Source: Campylobacterota bacterium (GTDB lineage: Bacteria; Campylobacterota; Campylobacteria; Campylobacterales; Sulfurimonadaceae). From it: a DNA stretch of 17,059 nt. The stretch spans positions 1 through 17,059 of the forward strand of contig JAYEKO010000044.1 of the NCBI GenBank assembly GCA_034661055.1, read 5' to 3'. Of the stretch, positions 1-8,444 are shown one piece after another. Made by a program: the position numbers and the translations under genes. The notes under the pieces were generated by a model. That model ran no database searches. It saw only the letters and a program-made list of their open reading frames with translations, and was not told the origin of the DNA. The stretch's first letter is position 1. The number at the start of each line of letters is the position of its first letter.

Positions 1-2
1 CA

Positions 3-143
3 CATGCTCCAGCTCTGTTAAACGATAGTGTAGTTATTATAACAATTCATAGATATTTAGAACCATTTTATGCCTCTTTCATACCCTTTAGTGATGGAGT
101 AAGAGTCTCTCTTAGGAGTCGTTCTCCTCCATTTATATCCTAG
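3..143 (+). CDS. 3' part of a small upstream ORF (5'-truncated by the window edge) ending in an RSPP motif; probable DUF2946/CruR-like leader (arrest) peptide
   Basis: Frame 3 is open from the edge: HAPALLNDSVVIITIHRYLEPFYASFIPFSDGVRVSLRSRSPPFIS*, stop TAG 141-143, 44 nt before the TonB receptor ATG. RSPP codons at 120-131. Not in the ORF track. Confidence 0.7.
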   Translation, partial: HAPALLNDSVVIITIHRYLEPFYASFIPFSDGVRVSLRSRSPPFIS

Positions 144-187
144 TTTTTCAATCATATAAATAAAAAATTACAACTTAGGGTATATCC

Positions 188-2305
188 ATGCAAAAATTAT
201 TGCTATCTGCATTAGCTACAACACTGTTAGTAGCTAATGAGACACAAACATATCAGTTGGGTACGATTAGTATCTCGGCTTCTCCTATTAATCAACGCAC
301 TACATTTGATAGTCCAAATCAGGTGGATGTTATCGATGATACACAAAAAACTCTTAAATCGACTGCCTCACTTGGAGAGGTTCTTGAAGATTTTTCAGGA
401 GTAAACAACATAGCAACAGGACCACAGGCTGGTAAGCCTGTTGTCCGAGGAATGGGTAATGAGAGGGTAAAAGTACTTTCAAATGGAAGCCCTACAGATT
501 CTCAAACATATGGAATTAGACATGTTGTTAATGTTGATCCTTTTGTTGCAGAGAGAATTGAGGTTGTTCGTGGCGCACAAGGCGTACTCTATGGTTCTGA
601 TGCACTTGGCGGTATTGTAAATATTCTCTCTCCAGAAATTCTCTATGCAGAAGATGGCGAGAGTAAGGCTCAAGGTAAAATTGCAGCAGAGTACCACACA
701 AACAATAAAGAACGAATGGGTGGAGCTAAAATCCAAGCTGCACATGGAAAGCTTGGAGCAAATGTAACTGTTGTAAAACGCAAAGCTGATAATTTTAATA
801 CTCCAGATGCCGATACTTACAAAAAGGGAGAGCCAGCAGGCGATAAACCACTTTTTTCAGGAGAACTGCCATATACAAACTTTGATAACAGCTCCGCTCT
901 TGTTGCCATTGGTTATACTGATGACTGGGGAGATATAGCGATTCAACACACCTATTGGCAGAGTTATCAGAACTATTTGGGGCATACTAAAGATTTAAAG
1001 CCTATCACTTCAGCAGGTCAAAAACTTACAAATAACGAAACACAGTTAAAAAGTGAAATATTTGTTGATGAGTGGACTCTTAAACCAACGCTTTCACATA
1101 CATTTAACCAACGTGAGGCGGCTACTGGTACTCCATATGAAGAGATGGATAGTGCAAATGGGACACCCAAATATCTTGACATAGAAGTGAAGCGACTAGA
1201 TTGGCGTTTTGCGGTTGAGCATCCTAAAGTTGGAGATTTTGAAGGTGAAATAGGGTTTGAAGGTTTTGACAAAGAGCAGGAACTTCTTCAAGGAAAACTA
1301 GCTCCAAGTGCTGATGAAAATGGTAAATCTATCTACATTTTTGAAGAAGCCGATTATAACAAATGGCTAGTTCAAGCAGGTTTGAGGTACGACCATAAAA
1401 GTGTGTATGCACCTCTTGATGGAAATAACAAATATTTTGTAGATAATGGAATCTTTGATGCGACTAACAACTCTAAAGATTTTTCAGGTTTTAGTGGTTC
1501 ACTTGGTGCAACTTATCGTTTAACGCCAAACTGGAACATTGCTGGAAATATTGCAAAGGGATTTAGAGCGCCAAGTATTTTTGAGTTATATGCAGGTGGA
1601 ATGCATGGTGGTGTTATGGCATTTCAGCTTGGAAATCCAGAGTTAAATGAAGAGAGTAGTTTGGGAGCAGATATATCTCTTAGATATATGAGCAGAGAAA
1701 CAAAAGCCACATTAAGTGTATATCATACTAGGATTAAGGACTATATATATCTTGCAAATACAGGCAATATAAGAGTAGTAAATGGCATGGAACTTCCTGA
1801 GATGCAAAACAGACAAACAGATGCTACAATGGAGGGTATTGAGTTCTCTATGGACAGTTATGTAACAAGTTCGACAAATATTGAGGGAGCTTTTGAACTT
1901 ATAAAAGGGCGTGACACCAATAACGATAGTAAACTTACTATGATGCCATCAAATAATCTAAGATTGGCAATTCATCAAAATGTAGGTTCGCTTTGGGTTT
2001 TAGATAACTCAACATTTTCTCTTAACATGAAGTATGTAGATTCTAGTAAAGTTGCAGGAAGCCATGAGCCTTTTTCTCAGTATAACAATACACCATTTGG
2101 TACAGCAGACACAGATGCTTATAACCTTTGGGGTATCGCATATGCAGCAGATATAAAGATGGGAAAGGAGAACGCCAAACTTGGAGTAAAGGTCACAAAC
2201 CTGTTTGACACTGAGTACCGTGATTTCTTAGACACATATAAAGGATACGCATTGGGTATGGGAAGAGATATTTCTGTTACGCTTATAATGCCATTTAGTT
2301 TATAA
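188..2305 (+). CDS. TonB-dependent outer-membrane transporter, probably for a metal (ZnuD/BfrG-like)
   Basis: 705 aa; signal peptide; TonB-box-like QLGTISISA; plug motifs (PVVRG, ERIEVVRGAQGVLYGSDALGGIVNI); barrel motifs GLRYD, KGFRAPSIFELY, GNPELNEE, GVKVTNLFD; RBS-like TAGGG at 176-180. Confidence 0.95.
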   Translation: MQKLLLSALATTLLVANETQTYQLGTISISASPINQRTTFDSPNQVDVIDDTQKTLKSTASLGEVLEDFSGVNNIATGPQAGKPVVRGMGNERVKVLSNGSPTDSQTYGIRHVVNVDPFVAERIEVVRGAQGVLYGSDALGGIVNILSPEILYAEDGESKAQGKIAAEYHTNNKERMGGAKIQAAHGKLGANVTVVKRKADNFNTPDADTYKKGEPAGDKPLFSGELPYTNFDNSSALVAIGYTDDWGDIAIQHTYWQSYQNYLGHTKDLKPITSAGQKLTNNETQLKSEIFVDEWTLKPTLSHTFNQREAATGTPYEEMDSANGTPKYLDIEVKRLDWRFAVEHPKVGDFEGEIGFEGFDKEQELLQGKLAPSADENGKSIYIFEEADYNKWLVQAGLRYDHKSVYAPLDGNNKYFVDNGIFDATNNSKDFSGFSGSLGATYRLTPNWNIAGNIAKGFRAPSIFELYAGGMHGGVMAFQLGNPELNEESSLGADISLRYMSRETKATLSVYHTRIKDYIYLANTGNIRVVNGMELPEMQNRQTDATMEGIEFSMDSYVTSSTNIEGAFELIKGRDTNNDSKLTMMPSNNLRLAIHQNVGSLWVLDNSTFSLNMKYVDSSKVAGSHEPFSQYNNTPFGTADTDAYNLWGIAYAADIKMGKENAKLGVKVTNLFDTEYRDFLDTYKGYALGMGRDISVTLIMPFSL

Positions 2306-2338
2306 TAATATAATTTGGCATGAATTATCAAACAATTT

Positions 2339-2347
2339 TGATACAAT
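2339..2347 (+). promoter_or_regulatory. Putative extended -10 promoter (TGaTACAAT) for the hemolysin-III gene
   Basis: TG at 2339-2340 and TACAAT at 2342-2347, upstream of RBS AGGGAG and ATG 2370; overlapped by the inverted repeat TATCAAA-N4-TTTGATA (2326-2343). Confidence 0.45.
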
Positions 2348-2369
2348 AAATTTAACTATAGGGAGCTTT

Positions 2370-3011
2370 ATGCACAACGGTGTCAATCATTTCACTTTTG
2401 CCGAAGAGGTTTGGCACGCTGTAACGCATGGAGTTGGTTTTATTTTAAGCATTGTGGCTTTAACCCTGCTCGTCACATTTGCCTCCATTCATGGAGGGGC
2501 TTTACATATAACTTCTGCAGCGATTTATGGATCTACTCTCATTATTATGTATGGAAGCTCAACACTCTATCATGCTGTTACCCACACGGACGTCAAACGT
2601 CTTTTTCAAAAGTTTGACCATAGCGCCATATATTTTTTAATAGCAGGTACCTATACCCCCGTAATGCTTATTACAGTGGGTGGCCCATTAGGCTGGACTC
2701 TTTTTGGTGTTGAGTGGGGAGTTGCTATCATTGGTATTGGCTTAAAGTTTTTATATCCTGGACGATTTGAGGCACTATCTCTCATTGCCTATGTTCTTAT
2801 GGGCTGGCTAGTTGTTGTTGTTTTTGATACCTTTAAGAGCAGTATAGAACCGACCGGTTTTTGGTTAATGGTTGCTGGTGGTGTTGCTTACACTAGCGGT
2901 ATTGTTTTTTACATCAAAGATAAAATAAGTTACTTTCATGCCATCTGGCATCTCTTTGTCATGACAGGTTCAACACTACATTTTTTTGCAGTTCTACTAT
3001 ACATAGTTTAG
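2370..3011 (+). CDS. Hemolysin III / PAQR family membrane protein (TrhA/YqfA-like)
   Basis: 213 aa, about 7 TM segments; family motifs EE..HAVTHG, SSTLYH, DHSAIYFLIAGTYTP, HAIWHLFV. Confidence 0.95.
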   Translation: MHNGVNHFTFAEEVWHAVTHGVGFILSIVALTLLVTFASIHGGALHITSAAIYGSTLIIMYGSSTLYHAVTHTDVKRLFQKFDHSAIYFLIAGTYTPVMLITVGGPLGWTLFGVEWGVAIIGIGLKFLYPGRFEALSLIAYVLMGWLVVVVFDTFKSSIEPTGFWLMVAGGVAYTSGIVFYIKDKISYFHAIWHLFVMTGSTLHFFAVLLYIV

Positions 3012-3067
3012 AAAAAACTGTATAGACTACTTCCAAAAAAGGGAAAAGGCGAAAAGGGGTCGGCGCC

Positions 3068-3323
3068 AATGGCGTTAAATTAAGCCCAAACCCTCTAAAT
3101 AACGAGTTCTAATCATACTAAAAAACAATCTTTTTCTTTCTATTTTTTAGTTTATTTAGACTAATTCTTTGCTGTGTTTTTGTAATTCTTTTGTTATGCT
3201 TCATTGCGACTAACTTTAATTATAGAATTTCATTTGCTGATGATTTCTTGATTAAAGCTAGTTGTATTTCAACTCTGTTAATTTGAAGATTTTTTAGATT
3301 TTTTTGCTTAAGTTAGTGCCATT
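3068..3323. mobile_element. Non-autonomous IS4-like element (MITE or internally deleted IS), ~256 bp
   Basis: Imperfect 18-bp terminal inverted repeats: AATGGCGTTAAATTAAGC (3068-3085) versus the reverse complement of 3306-3323, AATGGCACTAACTTAAGC (15/18 identical). The pattern resembles the E. coli IS4 end as recalled (TAATGCCGATCAGTTAAG). No transposase inside and no visible target duplication. Confidence 0.6.
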
Positions 3324-3419
3324 CATAACAAGGATGTAACATACATAATTATATTGCAAAAAAGAGATTAGCCCAAACGATGTATAACTAAAAAATATAA
3401 CAAGATAGATTTTATTGAC

Positions 3420-3466
3420 TTGACAAAATATATGGAATTGCACTACAATTGTATATACATATACAA
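3420..3466 (+). promoter_or_regulatory. sigma70 promoter and palindromic operator of the TA operon
   Basis: TTGACA (3420-3425), 18-nt spacer, TACAAT (3444-3449); perfect inverted repeat TTGTATAT-ac-ATATACAA (3449-3466) over the likely start site; RBS AAGGA 3467-3471. Confidence 0.7.
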
Positions 3467-3477
3467 AAGGATATCTT

Positions 3478-3708
3478 ATGAAACAAGCAATAAATATAAG
3501 ATTAGAAAAAGATGTTGTTCAAACCCTTGACGAGTATGCACAAGAGCTTGATAAAACAAGAACAAGCCTTGTTGAAAAAGCTATAGAGCTATATTTTGAC
3601 AAACTTGATGAAATGATTGCAGATAAAAGAATTGATAATTTAAAATCAGGTAAGACAACAGTTGTTTGCTTAGAAGAAGTTTTTAAAAAAGCTGGTATTA
3701 ATGTATAA
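3478..3708 (+). CDS. Type II antitoxin, ribbon-helix-helix (CopG/RelB-like)
   Basis: 76 aa; N-terminal RHH pattern (AINIRL...LDEYA.....RTSLVEKAI); acidic middle; overlaps the toxin start by 8 nt. Confidence 0.88.
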   Translation: MKQAINIRLEKDVVQTLDEYAQELDKTRTSLVEKAIELYFDKLDEMIADKRIDNLKSGKTTVVCLEEVFKKAGINV

Positions 3709-3952
3709 AATTGCATTTGACAAAGATGCAGAAAAAGAGTTCTTAAAATTAGATGCAAAAGTTCAAAAGCTTGTTTCAACAAAAATCTTGGATTTACAGT
3801 CGGGAAACTTTTCAAATGACAAGCAACTTAAAGGCAAACACAAAGGGAAATTTAGAAAAAGAGCGGGTGATTACAGAATAATATACTTAAAAGAAAATAA
3901 CTACTTAGTTATTTCACTTATCCGAATTACTCATAGAAAAGAAGTGTATTAA
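3701..3952 (+). CDS. relE: Type II toxin, RelE/StbE family mRNA interferase
   Basis: 83 aa, basic; motifs A.KEF.KLD, LKG, FRKRAGDYRIIY and C-terminal HRKEVY typical of RelE. Confidence 0.9.
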   Translation: MYKIAFDKDAEKEFLKLDAKVQKLVSTKILDLQSGNFSNDKQLKGKHKGKFRKRAGDYRIIYLKENNYLVISLIRITHRKEVY

Positions 3953-4095
3953 ATTATTAGAAGTAAAAAATATACACTATCCCTGCAAAATATTATTACC
4001 TACATTTCCAAAATTAAAACAGATAGAAATGTGATGTTACCTATAAGCAGTAGAGCATAAATTACATGTAAATTTAAAAAGTAATTGCTAGAGTA

Positions 4096-4125
4096 TAATC
4101 AAGCAGAATGAATCCTGCTTGATTA
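4096..4125 (-). terminator. Stem-loop just downstream of the molybdoenzyme stop; probable terminator or 3' stabiliser
   Basis: Perfect 11-bp stem TAATCAAGCAG (4096-4106) / CTGCTTGATTA (4115-4125) with 8-nt loop, 9 nt after the stop; no clear U-tract. Confidence 0.55.
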
Positions 4126-4134
4126 GAAGTGTTG

Positions 4135-7100
4135 CTATACGTCTTTGATATTAACAGCGTACGCTTTATCTGAAAGAGGTACCCAAGGACGTTTAATATG
4201 TTGTGGACGACGTAGTTTGTCGTTCGCATTAAGCGGACGTGTCAACTCATCTCTCCATGCTTGGTAAGTTTTAAAGTTATTCTCATAATTTACAAGAATA
4301 TCTCCAATTTTATCATCTTTTTGAGCTGGCTCTAAGATTACTTTTTGGTGCCAACAATGCATACCCGAAATTGGATCTGGATGTGTCGGGGCCACAGCAT
4401 TTTGCCATGAACCACTTAGTCCATCCCACCAGATATTGTCAGAGTCTTTGTTGTAATCTGCAAAACGCTCTGACTTAAATGGAACAATACCTTCAACATA
4501 TTGAAGTTTACCCTCTTTACCATCCATCTGGAGCTCAGCCAATGGTACACCATAACTATTCATACCAGCTTCACCACTGTAATCTTCAATTTTAATCTGT
4601 GCGCCTGCCGCACCAATATTTGATGGTGCTTCATTCATAAAGCCAGCATCTGTCATATCACGTGGAGCAATTGTTGGATTTACTTTTCCATCAGTCACGC
4701 CATTTGGAATCGCTACTGAATTTTTAAGCTTCCAGCGACCACCATGATGTGAACATGCAAGAGTTCCTGGAAGAACCCCCTCTGTTGGCACTGCCATTGC
4801 GACAAAATAACCACTCTCTAAATTAGATACCGTATCTACAATACGAACACGAATAGCATCACCACGTTTAAAACCTAGACGTTTTGCATCACCAGTCGCA
4901 ATCCAGATTGGATCATGATTTTGTGAAATTTCCATAAGGTGTTTCGAGTTTGCCGAACGTGTATGAATATTGTACGGAAGACGGAACACCGTGTTAAGTG
5001 CAAATTCATTATTATTATTCATGTACATATGATTTACATGTGAAACAATATGTACCATCTCTTTTTTCTCACGTTCATTACGTGGGTAGAAAGGAATCGC
5101 ATATTCTGGCCATTTCCAGTCATCAGCTAACCATTCACAAAAGAAGTCAAGTTTTTTATCTAATGTAGCAAAACCTTCCATTTTCTTACCATCAATTTCA
5201 ATACCAATCGATTTTTTCTTACCATGATGTTCTGCAGTCATAACACCAGTACGCTCATCAATGCTAACATGATGCTTATCGTACTTGTGACCATGAGAGA
5301 TGTAGTTCTTACCATCATCTTTAATCTCACGCTCTTGTGCAGAATAGATGTTATTCTCTTCCATCCAAGCACCGTAATCTCTCATATACTCATATACTGG
5401 ATATTCAGCATCTTTGTAACGAGCATCAGAAGTAGCAGTTTTCTTAAGGTTTGGCAAGTTATCACCAAAGGCTGCATCATACCACTCTGAAATCGTAACC
5501 GGCTTACCTGGATGACGTTTTGATTCCCACATTTTTCTAATGCCGAGGCTACCGTCTGGATCAATATAATTAACACACATATCAAACCAGAACTCATTTT
5601 CTTCCCAAACTTCACCAAGCCCTGCTTTAACATGAGCTTCTAAAGTTGCACGATTAGGATTTTTAGGCTTCCAACCCGCTTTTTCAAGAGCTACACGCAT
5701 TACCGGCTGACGGAATGATGTCCAACGAGCTGGCATTGTTGCTTCAGAGTGTTGGTCATGACGCTCACCAGCAAGCCCCACTGGAAGAATATAGTCAACA
5801 TACCAGTTTGTTTCACTCCATACAGGAGAGAGGTTGAAGGTAAGTTCCATCTTCTTCTCGTTTTTAAGTACTTCAATCCAACGAAAACCATCTGGATTAA
5901 TCCAGACAGGATTATACATACGAGGAATCCATACAGAAAGTTTCTGAGGAACATTTAATCCTTTTTTAATCCACTTTTGCTGCCACTGAGTATCGCTTAG
6001 CAAGTGAGGCAATAGGTAAGACATCTCATACGTTGAAAGTGGCCATTCTGGTGGCCACGTAAGTTCATTCCAAACATCAACTTTTGGAATATTAGAACCA
6101 CGTTTACCTTGACCTACAGTTGAACTACCACCTTTTCCTGCAACAGAAATAACGTGCCAGTGATGGAAAAATGTTCCACCCTCAGTACCGATTGCTCCAC
6201 GAAGCGCAATTGGTAAGTAGCCAGCGCGTCCACTCATCCAACCACCACGGTTACCCGCAGCTGTTGCGCGCCAGAAGTATGACGAAATAGCATCACCAGC
6301 CCAGATAAACATATCGTAAAGCTCTTCTAGTTTATATGCAGGAACATGAGTCTCTTTAACCGTGTACTCCAAGGTATATGGTGCGTAAATCTCTTTAAGA
6401 ATATCTAAGAATGCTTCAAAGTTACTGTTATTTGGAAGCTTAGAGATATAGCCTTTATCTACCATATACTGTAGGTAATTATGGTTATCTAAAAACACTT
6501 CCCAGTTTAGCCATTTTTTAACAAATGCTTTATCGACCTTATCTTCTTGTAAAATACGATTTACTAGATAAAGGTATAGTACCGGTTCTGTTCCTGGCCA
6601 CGTTGCAATCCATAAATCTGCCATACCAGCAGAGTTAGACATACGTGGATCCATAACAACAAGTTTTGCACCTTTTTTACGGGCATCAGCAATAAATGAA
6701 GCCGATTGTTGGAAGTAGTGACCCGCATCCGCAGCGTGTGATGAGTTAAGAAAAATCAACTTAGCATTTGCCCAGTCTGGTGATGTTCTGTCATCGTTTG
6801 ACCATTGAATTGTCGGTGTACGTCCACCTGAAGAACAGATGTTTGTATGTGAATCAAATGCATCTGAACCAAGAGTGTGCCATACTTTTCCAGTAAACCC
6901 ATTCTCATTAGGACGACCAACGTGGAACATTACCGATTTTTTAGAGAGCTCATCACCAGCACGCAGTGTATCGCCCATCTTCTTACCGATGGTAGTCATA
7001 GCTTCATCCCAAGTTGTACGCACCCATTTACCCTCACCACGTGTAGAACCTGGAGCACGTTTTAATGGGAATGCTATACGATCTGGATCATACATCTGCG

Positions 7101-7530
7101 ACTGTGTTGCATAACCTTTTGCACAGTTACGTCCGCGTGACGCTGGGTGCAGTGGGTTACCCATATATTTTTTAACGGTAAACGTTTTTTTGTCAATCCA
7201 TGCAGTCAGTCCACACGACGCTTCACAGTTAGAACATGCTGTTGGCACGATTGCGTAATCATGAACCGTAATACCATCTGGATTTTCATCACTGGCAACA
7301 CCATGACGGTCAATACCACCACGTTTCCAGTCCTCGCCACTTAACTCAGAAAAACCTTCCCACTGATCTTGTGGTGGATAAAAAGAGAGAGAGTCTGGAG
7401 TATTAGTAAATTTTGAGTCATTTACTGACTCAGCCATCGCATCCGTGCTAAACACACCCTTTGCAATAGCAGCACCGGCAACTGTAAATGCCGCGCCTTT
7501 TAAAAATGATCTTCTACTTTGTAAATACAT
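4135..7530 (-). CDS. Tat-exported molybdopterin (Mo/W-bis-PGD) oxidoreductase catalytic subunit, DMSO-reductase superfamily (Psr/Ttr/Arr-like)
   Basis: 1131 aa; twin-arginine signal SRRSFLK; [4Fe-4S] motif CSNCEASC...NCAKG; likely Cys Mo ligand in HTNICS; KLVVMDPR; C-terminal dinucleotide-binding domain (HTRSAN...IWI...DA.RLG...GD.IRV). Confidence 0.93.
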   Translation of the reverse strand: MYLQSRRSFLKGAAFTVAGAAIAKGVFSTDAMAESVNDSKFTNTPDSLSFYPPQDQWEGFSELSGEDWKRGGIDRHGVASDENPDGITVHDYAIVPTACSNCEASCGLTAWIDKKTFTVKKYMGNPLHPASRGRNCAKGYATQSQMYDPDRIAFPLKRAPGSTRGEGKWVRTTWDEAMTTIGKKMGDTLRAGDELSKKSVMFHVGRPNENGFTGKVWHTLGSDAFDSHTNICSSGGRTPTIQWSNDDRTSPDWANAKLIFLNSSHAADAGHYFQQSASFIADARKKGAKLVVMDPRMSNSAGMADLWIATWPGTEPVLYLYLVNRILQEDKVDKAFVKKWLNWEVFLDNHNYLQYMVDKGYISKLPNNSNFEAFLDILKEIYAPYTLEYTVKETHVPAYKLEELYDMFIWAGDAISSYFWRATAAGNRGGWMSGRAGYLPIALRGAIGTEGGTFFHHWHVISVAGKGGSSTVGQGKRGSNIPKVDVWNELTWPPEWPLSTYEMSYLLPHLLSDTQWQQKWIKKGLNVPQKLSVWIPRMYNPVWINPDGFRWIEVLKNEKKMELTFNLSPVWSETNWYVDYILPVGLAGERHDQHSEATMPARWTSFRQPVMRVALEKAGWKPKNPNRATLEAHVKAGLGEVWEENEFWFDMCVNYIDPDGSLGIRKMWESKRHPGKPVTISEWYDAAFGDNLPNLKKTATSDARYKDAEYPVYEYMRDYGAWMEENNIYSAQEREIKDDGKNYISHGHKYDKHHVSIDERTGVMTAEHHGKKKSIGIEIDGKKMEGFATLDKKLDFFCEWLADDWKWPEYAIPFYPRNEREKKEMVHIVSHVNHMYMNNNNEFALNTVFRLPYNIHTRSANSKHLMEISQNHDPIWIATGDAKRLGFKRGDAIRVRIVDTVSNLESGYFVAMAVPTEGVLPGTLACSHHGGRWKLKNSVAIPNGVTDGKVNPTIAPRDMTDAGFMNEAPSNIGAAGAQIKIEDYSGEAGMNSYGVPLAELQMDGKEGKLQYVEGIVPFKSERFADYNKDSDNIWWDGLSGSWQNAVAPTHPDPISGMHCWHQKVILEPAQKDDKIGDILVNYENNFKTYQAWRDELTRPLNANDKLRRPQHIKRPWVPLSDKAYAVNIKDV

Positions 7531-7544
7531 CTATTATGCCTCTC

Positions 7545-8444
7545 TTAACTCAAGTTGAGTAGTTGTGGAATTACTAGCCATACATGCTTACTCACCCAAA
7601 GGCCAGCTAATGCACTTATTGATGCTAGGTTTAAAATATTTGTTGAACGGTTATTAATTGCAAGTATTACTAAAAAGAATGGTGCAATAAATGCAAACAC
7701 TTGTCCAATCCAGAACATTGTTGCATATTCGCCATTACCTTTAATAAACTCTAGCACCGCACCTACCTCTTCAGCCTTCATTGGACCAAAAATCAGCTCA
7801 CTCATGTAAAGAATGAAAGCACCTAGCGCACTAAACGCTAAAATAACTGCTAGATCACGTTTTGCTTCATATGATAGTGATTTACCCATCAAAATCATTA
7901 CAGCTGAACCAGAAAGTGTTGCTGCAAAAATCATCTGCGCTGCTTCTGTTGGCATCTGCCACACTTCACGTGCCGTTGATTGTGCCATAAGGCCTGCCGT
8001 ATAAAGTGTTACTGGAATGGCTAAAACAACAGTCCAACTTAACACTTTATCGTACATAGCATCATCTTTTTTGATAAAACTAAAAAATAGCAGTAAGAAA
8101 AGAAGACCAACAAACGCTGTCGCCATCCATGCCCCTACTGTAATTGCAGATGTGAAGTTCGGGTGAAAAAAGATATGCCAGAATCGAAACATTTGGTGAA
8201 GGTCAATCACTGTAAAAAATAAAAATACATGTATTGCAATCACTGAGATTAATGCTACCTTGAAACGGTAAGCACCTGCCTCTTGTGGATACTTTTTAAG
8301 TAGATAAAAGAGAATAAAGATAATACCAGTACCAATACTCTTGGCCCACATATTCATTGTAATAATCCATCCCCAAACAATTCCAGTGAGTCCAACATCA
8401 AGTGTTACTACTGCATCTGTTGCAGCTAATGTTTCATGTACCAT
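7545..8444 (-). CDS. NrfD/PsrC-family membrane anchor (quinol-interacting subunit)
   Basis: 299 aa, about 8 TM helices; WG..I, DLHQ.FRFWH, S.ITVGAW, YTAGL, R.VW motifs; 1-nt TAATG overlap with the upstream ferredoxin gene at 8444. Confidence 0.9.
   Translation of the reverse strand: MVHETLAATDAVVTLDVGLTGIVWGWIITMNMWAKSIGTGIIFILFYLLKKYPQEAGAYRFKVALISVIAIHVFLFFTVIDLHQMFRFWHIFFHPNFTSAITVGAWMATAFVGLLFLLLFFSFIKKDDAMYDKVLSWTVVLAIPVTLYTAGLMAQSTAREVWQMPTEAAQMIFAATLSGSAVMILMGKSLSYEAKRDLAVILAFSALGAFILYMSELIFGPMKAEEVGAVLEFIKGNGEYATMFWIGQVFAFIAPFFLVILAINNRSTNILNLASISALAGLWVSKHVWLVIPQLLNLS

Noticed and set aside
2326..2343. TATCAAA-N4-TTTGATA as an FNR/Crp box
   Set aside because: The half-sites are in the reverse arrangement to TTGAT-N4-ATCAA; kept only as an unassigned inverted repeat.
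3323..3405. CATAACAAG and TATAACAAG resembling integron attC R'' ends upstream of the TA genes
   Set aside because: No matching GTTRRRY-ended palindromic partner at a plausible distance and no integrase in the window.
4135..7530. Naming the molybdoenzyme psrA, ttrA or fdhA, or invoking selenocysteine
   Set aside because: Size and ligand loop do not clearly match those enzymes, the ORF has no in-frame TGA, and the ligand position is Cys.
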